A DNA stretch of 64,000 nucleotides, taken from positions 1,984,001-2,048,000 of the forward strand of contig NZ_CP134949.1 in assembly GCF_032116555.1 (NCBI RefSeq). Reading direction: 5' to 3'. How positions within the stretch are numbered: the first letter of the stretch is position 1; each line of letters starts with the position of its first letter. The DNA comes from Halorarum halobium. GTDB lineage: Archaea; Halobacteriota; Halobacteria; Halobacteriales; Haloferacaceae. The position numbers and the translations under genes are program-made. A model generated the notes under the pieces. That model worked only from the letters and a program-made list of their open reading frames with translations. It ran no database searches and was not told the origin of the DNA. This document shows positions 49,000 to 59,460 of this stretch, one piece after another.

Positions 49000-49629
49000 T
49001 CATCCCTTCTCGACCGAGTAGTCGTCGGGGTCGACGTCGACCACGTCTTCGCCCGATTCGTCGCGTTCGCTGCCGGCCGAACCGGCCACGTCGCCGGCCC
49101 CGCCGCGGCCGCTGCCCGGACCGGAACTCCCGCCGCCGGGGCCGTCCGATCCACCACCGGTACCACCGACGCCGCCGACTCCGCCACCCGACCCGGCGTC
49201 CCCGGGGAAGCCGCTCGTCCAGACGGCGCCGGTGGCGAAGCCGTCGGTCCGGCTGTCGATGTACGGCGTGAGCACGTAGCGGTCGAGCAGTTCCCGGATC
49301 GGATATCGCGTCGGCGGCACCGCGAGCAGGAAGCCGATGGCGTCGGTGACGAGCCCAGGCGTGAGCAGGAACGCGCCGGCCGCGATGAGCAGCGCGCCGT
49401 CGAGCAGTTCCGTCGTCGGGAGCTGTCCGCTCGCCAGCTTGCGTTGCAGGCTGCGAACGGTGTGTCTCCCCTCGGCCCGCACGAGGAGCATCCCGAACAG
49501 CCCGGTCAGCACCACCAGCGCCACCGTCGCCACCGGGCCGATTTCGCCGGCGACGACGACGAGGAACGCGGCGTCCGCGAGCGGGATGAGCAGCAACAGC
49601 GCGATGACGTAGCGGGCGCGGATGCGCAT
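49000..49629 (-). CDS. fxsA: FxsA family membrane protein
   Basis: LVRAEG, DGALLIAAGAFLLTPGLVTDAIG, Gly-rich tail ending in VVDVD. Confidence 0.88.
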   Translation of the reverse strand: MRIRARYVIALLLLIPLADAAFLVVVAGEIGPVATVALVVLTGLFGMLLVRAEGRHTVRSLQRKLASGQLPTTELLDGALLIAAGAFLLTPGLVTDAIGFLLAVPPTRYPIRELLDRYVLTPYIDSRTDGFATGAVWTSGFPGDAGSGGGVGGVGGTGGGSDGPGGGSSGPGSGRGGAGDVAGSAGSERDESGEDVVDVDPDDYSVEKG

Positions 49630-49731
49630 ACCGGGCGTTTCCGAGGACCGCCTATATCCCTTGCGGGTAGGGCGACCGAAACGCCGGATCGACGGAACGT
49701 GTTTTATCACTGCGGCCGTGGTGGCGGTCGT

Positions 49732-50436
49732 ATGACCGAGACGAAAGTCGCGATCGTGACGGCGGCGGGAAGCGGGATCGGCGAAGCCTGCGCCCGGCAA
49801 CTGGCCGAGGACGGGTACACGCCGGTCCTGCTGTCCCGGTCGGGCAGCGCCGTCGAAGTCGCCGGGGACCTCGGCGGGGACGGGTTCGAAGGCTCGGTGA
49901 CCGACCCCGACGACCTGGCGGCGCTCGTCGAGACGACCGCCGAACGCTACGGGCGCATCGACGCGGTGGTGAACAACACGGGCCACCCGGCGACCGGCGA
50001 CCTCCTCGAAATCTCCGACGAGGAGTGGCACGAGGGGCTGGACCTCGTCCTGTTGAACGCCGTCCGGATGGCCCGGCTCGTCACGCCCGTCATGGAGGAG
50101 CAGGGTCACGGCTCGATCGTGAACGTCTCGACGTTCTCGGCGTTCGAACCGTCGAGTTCGTTCCCCGTCTCGTCGGTGCTCCGGGCCGGGCTCGGGAGCT
50201 TCACCAAACTCTACGCGGACCAGTACGCGGCCGAGGGGATCCGGATGAACACGGTTCAGCCCGGGTTCGCCGATAGTTATGAGGTGGACGCGGAGACGAG
50301 AGCGGAGATCCCGATGGGCCGACCGGCACGGACCGGAGAGATCGCGGACGCCGTGGCGTACCTGCTCTCGCCGGCGTCGAGCTACGTCACCGGCCAGAAC
50401 CTCCGGGTCGACGGCGGGCTCACGGAGTCCGTGTAG
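49732..50436 (+). CDS. Short-chain dehydrogenase/reductase
   Basis: TAAGSGIG, VNNTG, IVNVS, YVTGQNLRVDGG. Confidence 0.92.
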   Translation: MTETKVAIVTAAGSGIGEACARQLAEDGYTPVLLSRSGSAVEVAGDLGGDGFEGSVTDPDDLAALVETTAERYGRIDAVVNNTGHPATGDLLEISDEEWHEGLDLVLLNAVRMARLVTPVMEEQGHGSIVNVSTFSAFEPSSSFPVSSVLRAGLGSFTKLYADQYAAEGIRMNTVQPGFADSYEVDAETRAEIPMGRPARTGEIADAVAYLLSPASSYVTGQNLRVDGGLTESV

Positions 50437-50490
50437 TCGACCGGGGCGCGCAAACGCCGACTTTACCCGCTCGCGCCGCCGAGTCGACGT

Positions 50491-52065
50491 ATGACCGACG
50501 AGAGCCGCGTCGAGTGGCGCGAGTGGGGTGCCGACGCGTTCGACGCCGCCGCGCGGCGGGGGACGCCGGTGCTGCTCTGGCTCACGGCGACGTGGTGTGA
50601 CGACTGCCACGAGATGGCCGTCGAGACGTTCGGGGACCCGCGGGTCGCGGCCAACGTCAACGACGGCTTCGTCCCCGTCCGCGTCGACGTCGACCGGCAC
50701 CCGCGGGTCCGCGAGCGCTACAACATGGGCGGATTCCCCTCGACCGTGTTCACGACGCCCTCCGGGGAACTCCTGACCGGCGCGACGTATCTCGGCCCGA
50801 CGGGGCTCAGACAGGCGCTCGACGGCGTCCGGGAGACGTGGGACGCGAAGGGCGAGTCCGCGGGCCGAATCCCGCGCGCGCTCGCCGACGACCCCACCCC
50901 GGTCGGCCCGGTGGACGAGCGAATCGAGGAGCACCTCGCCGGACAGCTCGAGGCCCAGTGGGACGCGGAGTTCGCCGGCTGGGGGACGGACGCGAAGTTC
51001 CCCCTCCCCCGGACCGTCGAGTTCGCGCTGAAGCGCGACCAGTTTCGGGCGACCCGGACGCTCGACGCGGTCGAGCGGAACCTGCGCGACGAGGACGGCG
51101 GCCTCTTCCGCTACGCGGGTGCCCGCGACTGGAGCGACCCTCACCGGGAGAAACTGCTCACCACCAACGCCGCGCTCCTGCGCGCGTACGCCAACGGCTA
51201 CCTCTACACCGGCGAGGAGTCGTACCGCGACGTCGCGGACGGCGTCGCCGCGTTCCTCCGCGACCGCCTCTGGTCCGGCTTCGCGTTCGGCGGCAGCGTC
51301 GACCCGACGGGGGACCGACGGGACCTCACCGCCTACGCCGACGGCAACGCGCTCGCCGCGGACGCGCTCTTGACCCTGTTCGCCTACACTGACGACGACG
51401 ACGCCCGCGAGTCGGCCGAGGGCGCGCTCGAGTACCTCCGGTCGGACCTCGTGGACGAAGACGGCCGCATCGTCCACTTCGTCGACGGGGACGAGACGGG
51501 CGAGCGGGACTTGCTGGCGGACGCCGCCGCCGTCGCCGGCGCGTTCGCCACGTCGGCACAGGTGCTCGGCGACGGCGCGGACCTCGCCCGCCGGGTCGCG
51601 GACCGCGCGCTCGACGTGCTCGGCGACGGCTCGGCGTTCCTCGATGGTCCCGAAACCGGTCCGGGACTGCTCGACAGGCCGCTCCGACCCATCGACGACA
51701 CGGTGGCGCTCGCGAACGCCCTCTGTGACCTGGCGGCGCTCACGGGCGAGGACGACTACCGGGAGCGGGCCCGCGAGGCCGTCGGCGCGTTCGCCGGCGC
51801 CGCCGACCGGATGGGCCCGCAGGTCGCGGGCTACGGGGGCGTCGCCGCCCGGCTGACCCGTGACCCGCTCGTCGTCGCCGTGGGGGACTCCCCCGGGTCG
51901 GACCTCCATCGCGCGGCGCTTCGCGTCGCTGACCACGAGAAAGTCGTCGTTCCCGACGCGGACGACGCCCCGGAGGGGACCGCGCACCTCCGCGGCCGTG
52001 ACCGCCAGCCGGCGGAAACCCCGGCGGAGCTGATGCGGCGCGTCGCGGCGACCGCGGAGGAATAA
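50491..52065 (+). CDS. DUF255 thioredoxin-domain / alpha-barrel protein (YyaL-like)
   Basis: WCDDCHEM, VDVDRHP, GGFPSTVF, DAKFP, PHREKLL. Confidence 0.88.
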   Translation: MTDESRVEWREWGADAFDAAARRGTPVLLWLTATWCDDCHEMAVETFGDPRVAANVNDGFVPVRVDVDRHPRVRERYNMGGFPSTVFTTPSGELLTGATYLGPTGLRQALDGVRETWDAKGESAGRIPRALADDPTPVGPVDERIEEHLAGQLEAQWDAEFAGWGTDAKFPLPRTVEFALKRDQFRATRTLDAVERNLRDEDGGLFRYAGARDWSDPHREKLLTTNAALLRAYANGYLYTGEESYRDVADGVAAFLRDRLWSGFAFGGSVDPTGDRRDLTAYADGNALAADALLTLFAYTDDDDARESAEGALEYLRSDLVDEDGRIVHFVDGDETGERDLLADAAAVAGAFATSAQVLGDGADLARRVADRALDVLGDGSAFLDGPETGPGLLDRPLRPIDDTVALANALCDLAALTGEDDYRERAREAVGAFAGAADRMGPQVAGYGGVAARLTRDPLVVAVGDSPGSDLHRAALRVADHEKVVVPDADDAPEGTAHLRGRDRQPAETPAELMRRVAATAEE

Positions 52066-52107
52066 ACTGTCGACGCGTTTTTGGTAGGGGGACACTAGCG
52101 ATGCCGC

Positions 52108-52911
52108 ATGGCCGATCTCCGCGACCTCGGGCTCTCCGAGTACGAGGCCCGCGCCTACCGCGCGCTGCTCGACGCCGGGCCCGCAACTGCAAAGGAGTTG
52201 TCAGATTCGAGCGGCGTGCCCATGGGTCGGGTCTACGACGTGCTCAACAGCCTGGAGCGCCACCGGCTCGCCCGGAGTCAGGCGGCGAGCCGTCCCAAGA
52301 AGTACGTCGCGGTCGAACCCGACGCGGCGCTGGACCGCCTGCTCGAGGAGAAGAGGCGGGAACTCGACGAGACCGCCCAGCAGTACGAGCGCGTCGTCGA
52401 GGAGCTCTCGACGGAACTGGAGGCGGGCGAGCCGCCCGACGAGCAGTTCTGGACCGCGGCCGTCGGCGCGGCCGAGACCGGTGACCTGCTGCTCGAACGC
52501 ATCTCCGCGGCCGACGACCGCGTCGCCATGATCGCCTCGGCACCCGCGTCGGGGCTCGATCTGGGGGAGATCGGCGAGTCGGTGATGGAGGAACTGGAGG
52601 CGGCCCTGGAGCGCGGCGTCGACGTGTCGCTGCTGATGGAACGGGCGCTCCCCCCGCGGCTCCCGGAGAGCGTCGGCCGGCAGTACGCCGACCGGCTGGC
52701 GGAACACCCGAACTTCGACGTGCGGACCGCCGAGGGCGTCCGCGGCACGTTCACCCTCGTCGACGACGCGGAGGTGTGTCTGGAGGTTCCCAGTCCCGTC
52801 GACCCTGAGACGTCGTTCGCGATGATCGACCTCAAGGACCCCGAGTTCGCGGGCGACGCCCGCGAGCGGTTCCAGTCCCGCTGGTCCGAGGCGGAGCCGC
52901 TCCAGTTCTGA
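52108..52911 (+). CDS. TrmB family transcriptional regulator
   Basis: LGLSEYEARAY, SGVPMGRVYDVL, RPKKYVAV. Confidence 0.92.
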   Translation: MADLRDLGLSEYEARAYRALLDAGPATAKELSDSSGVPMGRVYDVLNSLERHRLARSQAASRPKKYVAVEPDAALDRLLEEKRRELDETAQQYERVVEELSTELEAGEPPDEQFWTAAVGAAETGDLLLERISAADDRVAMIASAPASGLDLGEIGESVMEELEAALERGVDVSLLMERALPPRLPESVGRQYADRLAEHPNFDVRTAEGVRGTFTLVDDAEVCLEVPSPVDPETSFAMIDLKDPEFAGDARERFQSRWSEAEPLQF

Positions 52912-52928
52912 TCCGGTGAAAATCGCGT

Positions 52929-52964
52929 TATCGTCGTCTCAGGCGATATCGTCGTCTCAGGCGA
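52929..52964. repeat. 18-bp perfect tandem duplication
   Basis: TATCGTCGTCTCAGGCGA twice, overlapping the mptA stop codon. Confidence 0.9.
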
Positions 52965-53880
52965 GCTCCTCGCGGAGCAGCCCCATCGGGACCTCGCGTT
53001 CGGCGTGGGCGTTGTGCTGGTGGATGGACTCGTCGTTCGACTGTTTCATGCGGACGGTCACGTCGTCCGGGAGGTGATCGAACTCCTCGACCACGTCCTC
53101 GGCCATGGTCCGCACGCAGTCCTCGACGAACTTCGCGTTCATGTGGGCGTGGTAGGTCATGTGGTCCTCGTCGGGGCGTTTCGCGTAGTTGTAGATGCGG
53201 GCGCTCATCGCGTCGCGCGCGGTGTCGATGACCTCGAGCAGGTCAACCTCCGGGGCGCCCTCGGCGGTGAACGTGAGCGTGGCGTGACCGCGCTGTGAGT
53301 GGCCCGGCTGGGGGACCGCGTCCAGGAACTCCTCGACCGTGCCGTCGTCGACGCCCAGTTCGGCGAGCTTGTCCCGGGCGCGCGACTCCGACATGCCCTG
53401 CGAGCACGGACAGACGGTCATGCCGGTCACTTCCGCGCCGATCTCCTCGCGGGTCCCCTCCTCGGTGGCGGTGGCAGAAGCGATGACGTCGACGGTGCTC
53501 TGTGTCCGGTGGTCGCTCGCGGGCGTCTCCTCGCGCCGGACGAGTTCCGCGGTCATCTCGACGACCGCCGTCGAGGTGTAGTCGTGCTTCTCGAGCAGGC
53601 GCTCGGCGGCGTCGCCACAGACGTCCTCGACGCGGTAGGCCTCCTCGCGGGTCGCCGACTCCAGCACCTCGTCGATGACCTCCATGTTCCGGCTCATGTC
53701 GATGCCCTTCCGCTCGCCGGGCAGGTCGACGAACACGGAGAAGTCGGCCATCAGCACCCACGGTCGCTTCCCGTTCCGGCTGATCTTCACCAGCTTCTCC
53801 ACCCCGGTCACCCCGACCTGGCTGAGCCCGACCGTCACGTCCGGCCGGCTCGCCTGCACGTCGGGCAGGTTGTGACTCAT
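52957..53880 (-). CDS. mptA: GTP cyclohydrolase MptA (FolE2 family)
   Basis: [47 protein letters not shown]. Confidence 0.94.
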   Translation of the reverse strand: MSHNLPDVQASRPDVTVGLSQVGVTGVEKLVKISRNGKRPWVLMADFSVFVDLPGERKGIDMSRNMEVIDEVLESATREEAYRVEDVCGDAAERLLEKHDYTSTAVVEMTAELVRREETPASDHRTQSTVDVIASATATEEGTREEIGAEVTGMTVCPCSQGMSESRARDKLAELGVDDGTVEEFLDAVPQPGHSQRGHATLTFTAEGAPEVDLLEVIDTARDAMSARIYNYAKRPDEDHMTYHAHMNAKFVEDCVRTMAEDVVEEFDHLPDDVTVRMKQSNDESIHQHNAHAEREVPMGLLREELA

Positions 53881-54043
53881 TGGCCCGAATCAGGGGCGGG
53901 CGGCGATTATGGCTTTCGAAAGGGGTAGTTCGGCTTCGTTCGCGCGCACAAAACTACCGTGGGGCAAATCTCGAAGTTCCCGTCCGCGAAACCGAACGAT
54001 CCCGCGACACCCGCCAAAATCCGACGGACCGAGCGACCCCGAC

Positions 54044-54460
54044 CTACGGCCAGTCGTCGCGCCCCTCGCCGGCGAACTGGTCCTCGGCTTCCTCCCCGTC
54101 GGTCAGTTGCCAGCCCGCCGCCTCGGCGGCCGCTTCCAGCGGGAGGAACTCCCAGCCCGCGGTGCCCGCGGTCGCCTCGTCCTCGTCGGTCGTCCCGACG
54201 AACACGTGCCGGTCGGTCTCGAACTGCCCCTTGACGTTCTCCAGGGACTCCTGGACGCCGCGGGGTCCCGAGAAGAAGTCCTGGCGAACCCGGTGTTTTC
54301 GGGTGAAGTTCGTCACGACGTACGTCGGTTTCTCGGAGACCACGCCGACGTACTCGGTCCATCCGCGGGCGTCGTTGAACACCGCGTTCGGGTCCGCGAG
54401 GCGCTTGAGCGCCCCCAGTTCGAACGCGAGCGTCATGTCGGAAGAGCCGCCGCCGTCCAT
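54044..54460 (-). CDS. Conserved haloarchaeal protein (DUF7124-like)
   Basis: MTLAFEL, WTEYVGVVS, QDFFSG, DRHVFVG. Confidence 0.8.
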   Translation of the reverse strand: MDGGGSSDMTLAFELGALKRLADPNAVFNDARGWTEYVGVVSEKPTYVVTNFTRKHRVRQDFFSGPRGVQESLENVKGQFETDRHVFVGTTDEDEATAGTAGWEFLPLEAAAEAAGWQLTDGEEAEDQFAGEGRDDWP

Positions 54461-54545
54461 GTCCGGAGATGGGAGCGAGCCGCCGAAAACGGTGTCGGTC
54501 GGCCGCCGTTACCGGCGACCGTTCGTCGTCACGTGCGGTCCGTCG

Positions 54546-54836
54546 TCAGCGGCGGCCCGCCGTGGGCCTGCCGCCGTCCGTCGCCGCACCGGCTTCCTCC
54601 GATTCGATCCGCCCGCCGATCCGCTCTGCCCGCTCGGCTCGAACGACCCGGTAGTAGCGGACCGAGACGACGACCTCGCCCGGTTCGAGCCCCGGCGCTC
54701 GCCGGGGCTCGCCTCCCGCCATCGACGCCAGCGCCTCCCGCGCGCCGTCGGAGAGCTGATCCACGTGTCGGACCGTCGCCCCCGGCCGAACCGGTCCGGC
54801 ACGGCGGACCGACAGTTTCGGGGCCGTTCGTGACAC
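54546..54836 (-). CDS. Small hypothetical protein
   Basis: VRHVDQLSDGAR ... GEVVVSVRYYRV; AT-rich promoter-like stretch upstream; start uncertain. Confidence 0.5.
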   Translation of the reverse strand: MSRTAPKLSVRRAGPVRPGATVRHVDQLSDGAREALASMAGGEPRRAPGLEPGEVVVSVRYYRVVRAERAERIGGRIESEEAGAATDGGRPTAGRR

Positions 54837-55030
54837 ACGATAGCATATAACATGGTACACCTTAAACGTTGCTCCAGTGTGTCAGGACGAACAAGGAGGG
54901 TCCGTGAACGGTCGTCCATCCGGGGCGGCCGTGAGAACGTCGGCTACGGAACGTCGGCTGCGAAACCGCCGACTGGAGGATATCGGACGGAACGGAGTAT
55001 CAGCTTGAAAACCGTCCGTGATCGGGCGGT

Positions 55031-56275
55031 CTACTCGCCCGCGGCCGCTTCCTGTTCGAGATCCTCGACCGAGAACTCCCGTTTCATCAGCGTCTCCTTG
55101 TGCGCACCGACGTCCACCTGCTCGCGCATGAGCTGTTTGTACGCGGACTGGGGAGCGAGGTCCCCGATGAGCACGCCGCCGACGATCTTGCCGTCCTTCA
55201 GCGCGAGGCGACGCCACTCGTCGTCGCCGAACTTGCGCTCGACCTCGTCGTCGCCCAGCGTCGGGTGGCCGAAGGAGAGGAACGGGAAGTCGAAGTGGGT
55301 GATCGAGTACGAGGAGACCCACTTGAACCCCTCAGACTCGTGCTCGAGCATGTTCTTGGCGGCGATGGTGCCCTGCTCCTTCGCCGAGCCCCAGGCGCCG
55401 TTCTGGGCGCGCTCGCCGAGGATGACGTCGTGGAACTGGGTGATGTCGCCCGCCGCGTACACGTCCTCGAGGTTCGTCCGCATGTACTCGTCGACGACGA
55501 TGCCGTCGTCCGTCTCGATGGGGGTGTCCTCGACGAGTTCGGTGTTGAAGTTCAACCCGATGGCGACGCCGGCGAAGTCCGCGGGGTAGCGCTCGCCGTT
55601 CGGGTCGACGGCCGCCTCGACGTGGCCGTCCTCGTCCACCTCGAAGTGGTCGACGCCCGAGTCGAACACCGGTTCGACGCCGCGCTCGCGCATCGCCTCG
55701 TGCATGATCTCGGCCCCGTCCTCCGAGAGCGCGTAGCGCCACCAGCACTCGCCGCGCATCAGGTACTTCGCCTCGACCTCCTGCTCGCCACAGATGGCCG
55801 CGAAGTCGATTCCCAGCAGGCCCGCGCCGACGATGACGCCGCCGTCCGCGCCCTCGATTCCGTTCTTGATCGCCCGGGCGTCCTGGAACGTCCAGAAGTG
55901 GTGAATGCCGTCGGCGTCGGAGTTGTCGACCGGGAGCTGCTGGGGCGTCCCGCCGATCGAGAGGAGGAGCTTGTCGTACTCGTACACCTCGCCCTCGTGG
56001 GTCTCCACCTCGTGGTCGTCGGTGCGGAGGTCGACGACGTGGGTGTTGAGCTGGAGGTCGATGTCGCGCTCCTCGTACCACGCTTCGTCGTGGATGGAGA
56101 TGGGTGCCTCGGGGAGCTTCCCCTTGGCGAACTCCTTGATCAGAATCCGGTTGTAGAGGGCCTCGCCCTCGTCCGTGAGCACGGTGATGTCGGCGTCTGG
56201 CTCCTCCTCCCGGAGGGTCTCGGCGGCGGACGACCCCGCGACTCCGTCGCCGATGATGACGAACGACTCGGTCAT
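55031..56275 (-). CDS. FAD/NAD(P)-dependent oxidoreductase (ferredoxin/rubredoxin reductase type)
   Basis: IIGDGVAG, YDKLLL, IVGAGLLG, VYAAGD. Confidence 0.92.
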   Translation of the reverse strand: MTESFVIIGDGVAGSSAAETLREEEPDADITVLTDEGEALYNRILIKEFAKGKLPEAPISIHDEAWYEERDIDLQLNTHVVDLRTDDHEVETHEGEVYEYDKLLLSIGGTPQQLPVDNSDADGIHHFWTFQDARAIKNGIEGADGGVIVGAGLLGIDFAAICGEQEVEAKYLMRGECWWRYALSEDGAEIMHEAMRERGVEPVFDSGVDHFEVDEDGHVEAAVDPNGERYPADFAGVAIGLNFNTELVEDTPIETDDGIVVDEYMRTNLEDVYAAGDITQFHDVILGERAQNGAWGSAKEQGTIAAKNMLEHESEGFKWVSSYSITHFDFPFLSFGHPTLGDDEVERKFGDDEWRRLALKDGKIVGGVLIGDLAPQSAYKQLMREQVDVGAHKETLMKREFSVEDLEQEAAAGE

Positions 56276-56428
56276 ACCCGCCGGTTCGGCTTCGGGGTTA
56301 ATGTGGGTTGCTATCCGCGCATCTCCCGGACCGGACGGGAAAGCGACGGACTCCGCCGCGATTCGGGCGCGCTCGGGGGCGTCCTCGTGGCCGACCGTTT
56401 ATGTCCCACCGGTGCCAACCAGACCCCG

Positions 56429-57022
56429 ATGAAGCTCCGCCAGAACCCTCGCCACTGGGCCGCAAAACGTGCGCTCACGACGCCGGGCGTCAAGAGCGTC
56501 GCCACCTACGGGCTCGTGAAGCTCCACACCAGAATCTTCCTCGGGAAGGCCGACGAGGCTCGCCGGGAGGAGCGCCGCGACCACCTCGACGACTTCTTCG
56601 CGGCGACGATGGACGCGTACGTCGCCGCGCTCGACGCCGGCTTCTCGGAGGCCGAGGCCCGCGAGATCACCCACGCGCAGGGCAACTTCGACTTCTTCAA
56701 CCACGGCTGGACGGAGATGATGGAGGTCCCGGCCGAGGAACTGGAGCCCCACTACCGCCGCTACGGCGAGTTCTTCTCGGCCCACGGCATCACCATCGAC
56801 GACCCGCTCGGTGAGTTCCGGCCCGCCGCCGGCATCGCCGAGGCGCCGGCCACGCCGGAGAAACTCGACGAGGGCGAGTACGCCAACGCGGTCGCCGGCT
56901 TCGCGGACGACGTGTACGTCGAGGACGAGGCCGGCGAGGTGTCGGCCGGTGGCGGCGAGGAGCCCGATGACGTGGACGTGTCCGAGGTACCTGGTGTCGA
57001 CGACGGCGTGAACGCGGATTAG
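56429..57022 (+). CDS. Conserved haloarchaeal protein (DUF6149-like)
   Basis: MKLRQNPRHWA, EAREITH, NHGWTEMME; acidic composition. Confidence 0.8.
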   Translation: MKLRQNPRHWAAKRALTTPGVKSVATYGLVKLHTRIFLGKADEARREERRDHLDDFFAATMDAYVAALDAGFSEAEAREITHAQGNFDFFNHGWTEMMEVPAEELEPHYRRYGEFFSAHGITIDDPLGEFRPAAGIAEAPATPEKLDEGEYANAVAGFADDVYVEDEAGEVSAGGGEEPDDVDVSEVPGVDDGVNAD

Positions 57023-57081
57023 GTGGGTTTCTCTGACTCGGGCAGAGTGGACCTTCTCGCTCGTTGCTGGGAACTGGTGGG

Positions 57082-57297
57082 CTCGAAAGCCCCCGCGGCT
57101 GTCGGCTCTTCCGTCAATCCGATGGTCGCTTCGACCGCCTCGAAAGCTCCCCCACTTCTCGCTCCCTCCGGTCGCTGTCGTTCGAAAGGCGCTCCGCGCC
57201 TTTCGTGATGACGAGACCCCTTCGGCGTCTCGAACCACGATGCTCGTCCCTCGCGCGCGTCCGCTCGCTTCGCTCGCCGTCACGCGCGACAGCCGGC
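57082..57297. repeat. Intergenic hairpin-rich repeat, copy B
   Basis: CTCGAAAGCCCCCGCGGCTGTCGGCTC is 26/27 identical to copy C; shares the CGCTGTCGTTCGAAA..TTTCGTGATG module. Confidence 0.75.
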
Positions 57298-57333
57298 TGA
57301 CTCCAATTGCTGACCCGACCGAACCTCAAGCAT

Positions 57334-59460
57334 CTACCCACGAACATCGTACGATCCCAGCGTCGCGTCGCGCTCGGCCGACAGCTCCCGGTCCAGCCGG
57401 TCACGATCCCAGCCCAGCGGCGACACCACGCTCACGGCAGCCCGGAGCAGCAGTTCGCGGTAGTACGCCCCGTCGTACCTCTCGGGCACCTCGAACGGGA
57501 GCCGAACCCGGCCGCGCCCGCGGGCGTCGTCCTCGACCACGACGTACCGGACCGACTGGCCGGGCCAGCGCTCGACGCCGGCGTCCGAGAAGCGGTCGAG
57601 CGCGGCCGCGGTGAGGGTGTCCCCGTCGTACTCCTCGGCAGCCTTCGTCGCGCGCGTGGTGACGAGCAGGTCCGCGGGGTCGACGTCGCCGCGGTCGAGC
57701 TGCCCGAGGTGGACCGCCAGGCGGTCACGGACGGCCCCGGGCGACCGCTCGGCGTCGAACGTCTCGACGAGGTCGCGCTGGGCCTCGGCGACGAACGCGG
57801 GCGTGCTGCGCTGGCGACACTCGATTCCGCGGAACTTGTACGACCCGTCCCGCTTCCGGCCGAAGTACTTCGTCAGCGCGCCCGCGCCGGAGCCACGCTT
57901 CGGGACGAAACATACCCAGTCGTACGTCCCGTCGAGTTCCAGCGGGACGTCCGCGTCAGCCTCCACCGCCTCCGCCAGGCGGCGGGGCGGGGTCGCGTCC
58001 GGGTCCCGTCGCTCGACCCAGATGCTGTCCACGATGGCGTGGAGCACGTTCCAGCCGCCCGCCTCAAGCGTCTCCTTCGCGTCGAGCAGGGTGTCGCGGG
58101 CGAAGGCGTTGATCGCCTCGTGGCACTCGATGCGGCCGAACTTCGCGTTGCGATACCCCTGGTAGCCGAAACAGGAGACCAGCACCCACTTGATCGCGTC
58201 CGACCTGGCCGCGGCCGCGTCGTCGCCCCCGGCCGCGTCCTTCTTGAAGTCCGCGCGGTCCCGCAGAAGCTGGCCGAGCACCTCCGGAAGGAACCCCTGG
58301 CGATCACAGATGCTGTAGCCGAGTTCCGGCACGTCGCCCCGATCACAGCAGTCACACCGCACCGTCTCGGCGCTGATGTTGTGCTCACAGATGATCGACG
58401 GGTACAGCGACGCGAAGTCGAGTTCCACGACGTCCTCGTGGTAGCCGACGGCCGGGGAGAGCGTGAGCCCGCCGCGGTCGGCGTCGTGGAGCGTCCGCAC
58501 CGGCTTGAACTGCTCGGGCTCCCACGGTCGCCAGGGCGCCGGAACGTCCCGCACCCTGGCGTGTCTGATCTGCATCGACGTGAGGATGCTCCCGATGCTC
58601 GCCCAGCCGGCCTCCTGGATGGGTCGCCACGACCGCTTCACGAGGTATCGTAGCCCGTCGAGCCCCGCCTTGCTCCACATGAAGCTGTTCGAGCGGTCGA
58701 GGACCGCCCGGCCGGGGACCGAGTACCGCGCCGGCGAGTGGCCGACCCGACCGTAGCTCTCGTACGTGTTGGCCCCCGCGAGTCGCCGCCAGTCGCCCTC
58801 GGCGTCCGATTCACTCCCACCGAGGTCGCGCCCCCACGAGAACGGCACGTCCAGCTCCTCGGCCCGCCGCGTCACGACCGGGATGGCGTCCGCGCTGGCC
58901 ATCACCATCACGTCCGGGTCGGCCGTCCGCAGGCGCGCCGACAGCGCCTCGATGGCGTCCCGCTCCTCGTCCCCGAGCCGCTCCCCGCCGACGCGAAGGG
59001 CGCTCGCGTCCCCCGCCGAGAGCGCCGGTTCGGGAAGGTCGACCCGGAGCGTCACGAGGTCGCCGTGCGGGGACGGGTTCCGCCGGGTGTCGAGGTGGAA
59101 CCGGAACCCCGGCGAGAGGTCCACGTCGTACAGTCGGAGCGTTCCCGGCGGATGGGACGCCGCCTCGAACTCCCGCCGAACGCGACGTGCGACTCGACCG
59201 GCGGCCTCCGGGTGATTCAGATCGACCCGGAGCATGAGCGTCGGTTCCCGCGCCGCGAGCAGCCGATACCGTTCGACCGTTCCGGTCCCGACGACGCTGT
59301 CGTCGCCGCGGAGCCAGGTCGAGAGGTGGTCCCGGACGTCCGCGGGCCCGGCGACGAACAGCGACGGCTCATAGTCGGCAACTCGCTCTCGCGATACCCC
59401 CTCGCTCGTTCGCGTCCAGACGATGGCGTCGCCGTCGCGGAAGTCGACCGTGACGGTCAC
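57334..59460 (-). CDS. polB2: Family B DNA polymerase, PolB2-type
   Basis: Region A LDFASLYPSII, region B KWVLVSCFGY, region C HAIVDS (canonical YGDTDS), KFRGIECR; no recognisable Exo motifs. Confidence 0.88.
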   Translation of the reverse strand: MTVTVDFRDGDAIVWTRTSEGVSRERVADYEPSLFVAGPADVRDHLSTWLRGDDSVVGTGTVERYRLLAAREPTLMLRVDLNHPEAAGRVARRVRREFEAASHPPGTLRLYDVDLSPGFRFHLDTRRNPSPHGDLVTLRVDLPEPALSAGDASALRVGGERLGDEERDAIEALSARLRTADPDVMVMASADAIPVVTRRAEELDVPFSWGRDLGGSESDAEGDWRRLAGANTYESYGRVGHSPARYSVPGRAVLDRSNSFMWSKAGLDGLRYLVKRSWRPIQEAGWASIGSILTSMQIRHARVRDVPAPWRPWEPEQFKPVRTLHDADRGGLTLSPAVGYHEDVVELDFASLYPSIICEHNISAETVRCDCCDRGDVPELGYSICDRQGFLPEVLGQLLRDRADFKKDAAGGDDAAAARSDAIKWVLVSCFGYQGYRNAKFGRIECHEAINAFARDTLLDAKETLEAGGWNVLHAIVDSIWVERRDPDATPPRRLAEAVEADADVPLELDGTYDWVCFVPKRGSGAGALTKYFGRKRDGSYKFRGIECRQRSTPAFVAEAQRDLVETFDAERSPGAVRDRLAVHLGQLDRGDVDPADLLVTTRATKAAEEYDGDTLTAAALDRFSDAGVERWPGQSVRYVVVEDDARGRGRVRLPFEVPERYDGAYYRELLLRAAVSVVSPLGWDRDRLDRELSAERDATLGSYDVRG

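Noticed and set aside
49000..52095. 1031-aa minus-strand ORF and other long Arg/Gly-rich ORFs (e.g. 37642-40353, 19274-21598)
   Set aside because: Shadow ORFs of GC-rich DNA that overlap recognisable genes. Only the last 209 aa of the 1031-aa ORF (FxsA) look real.
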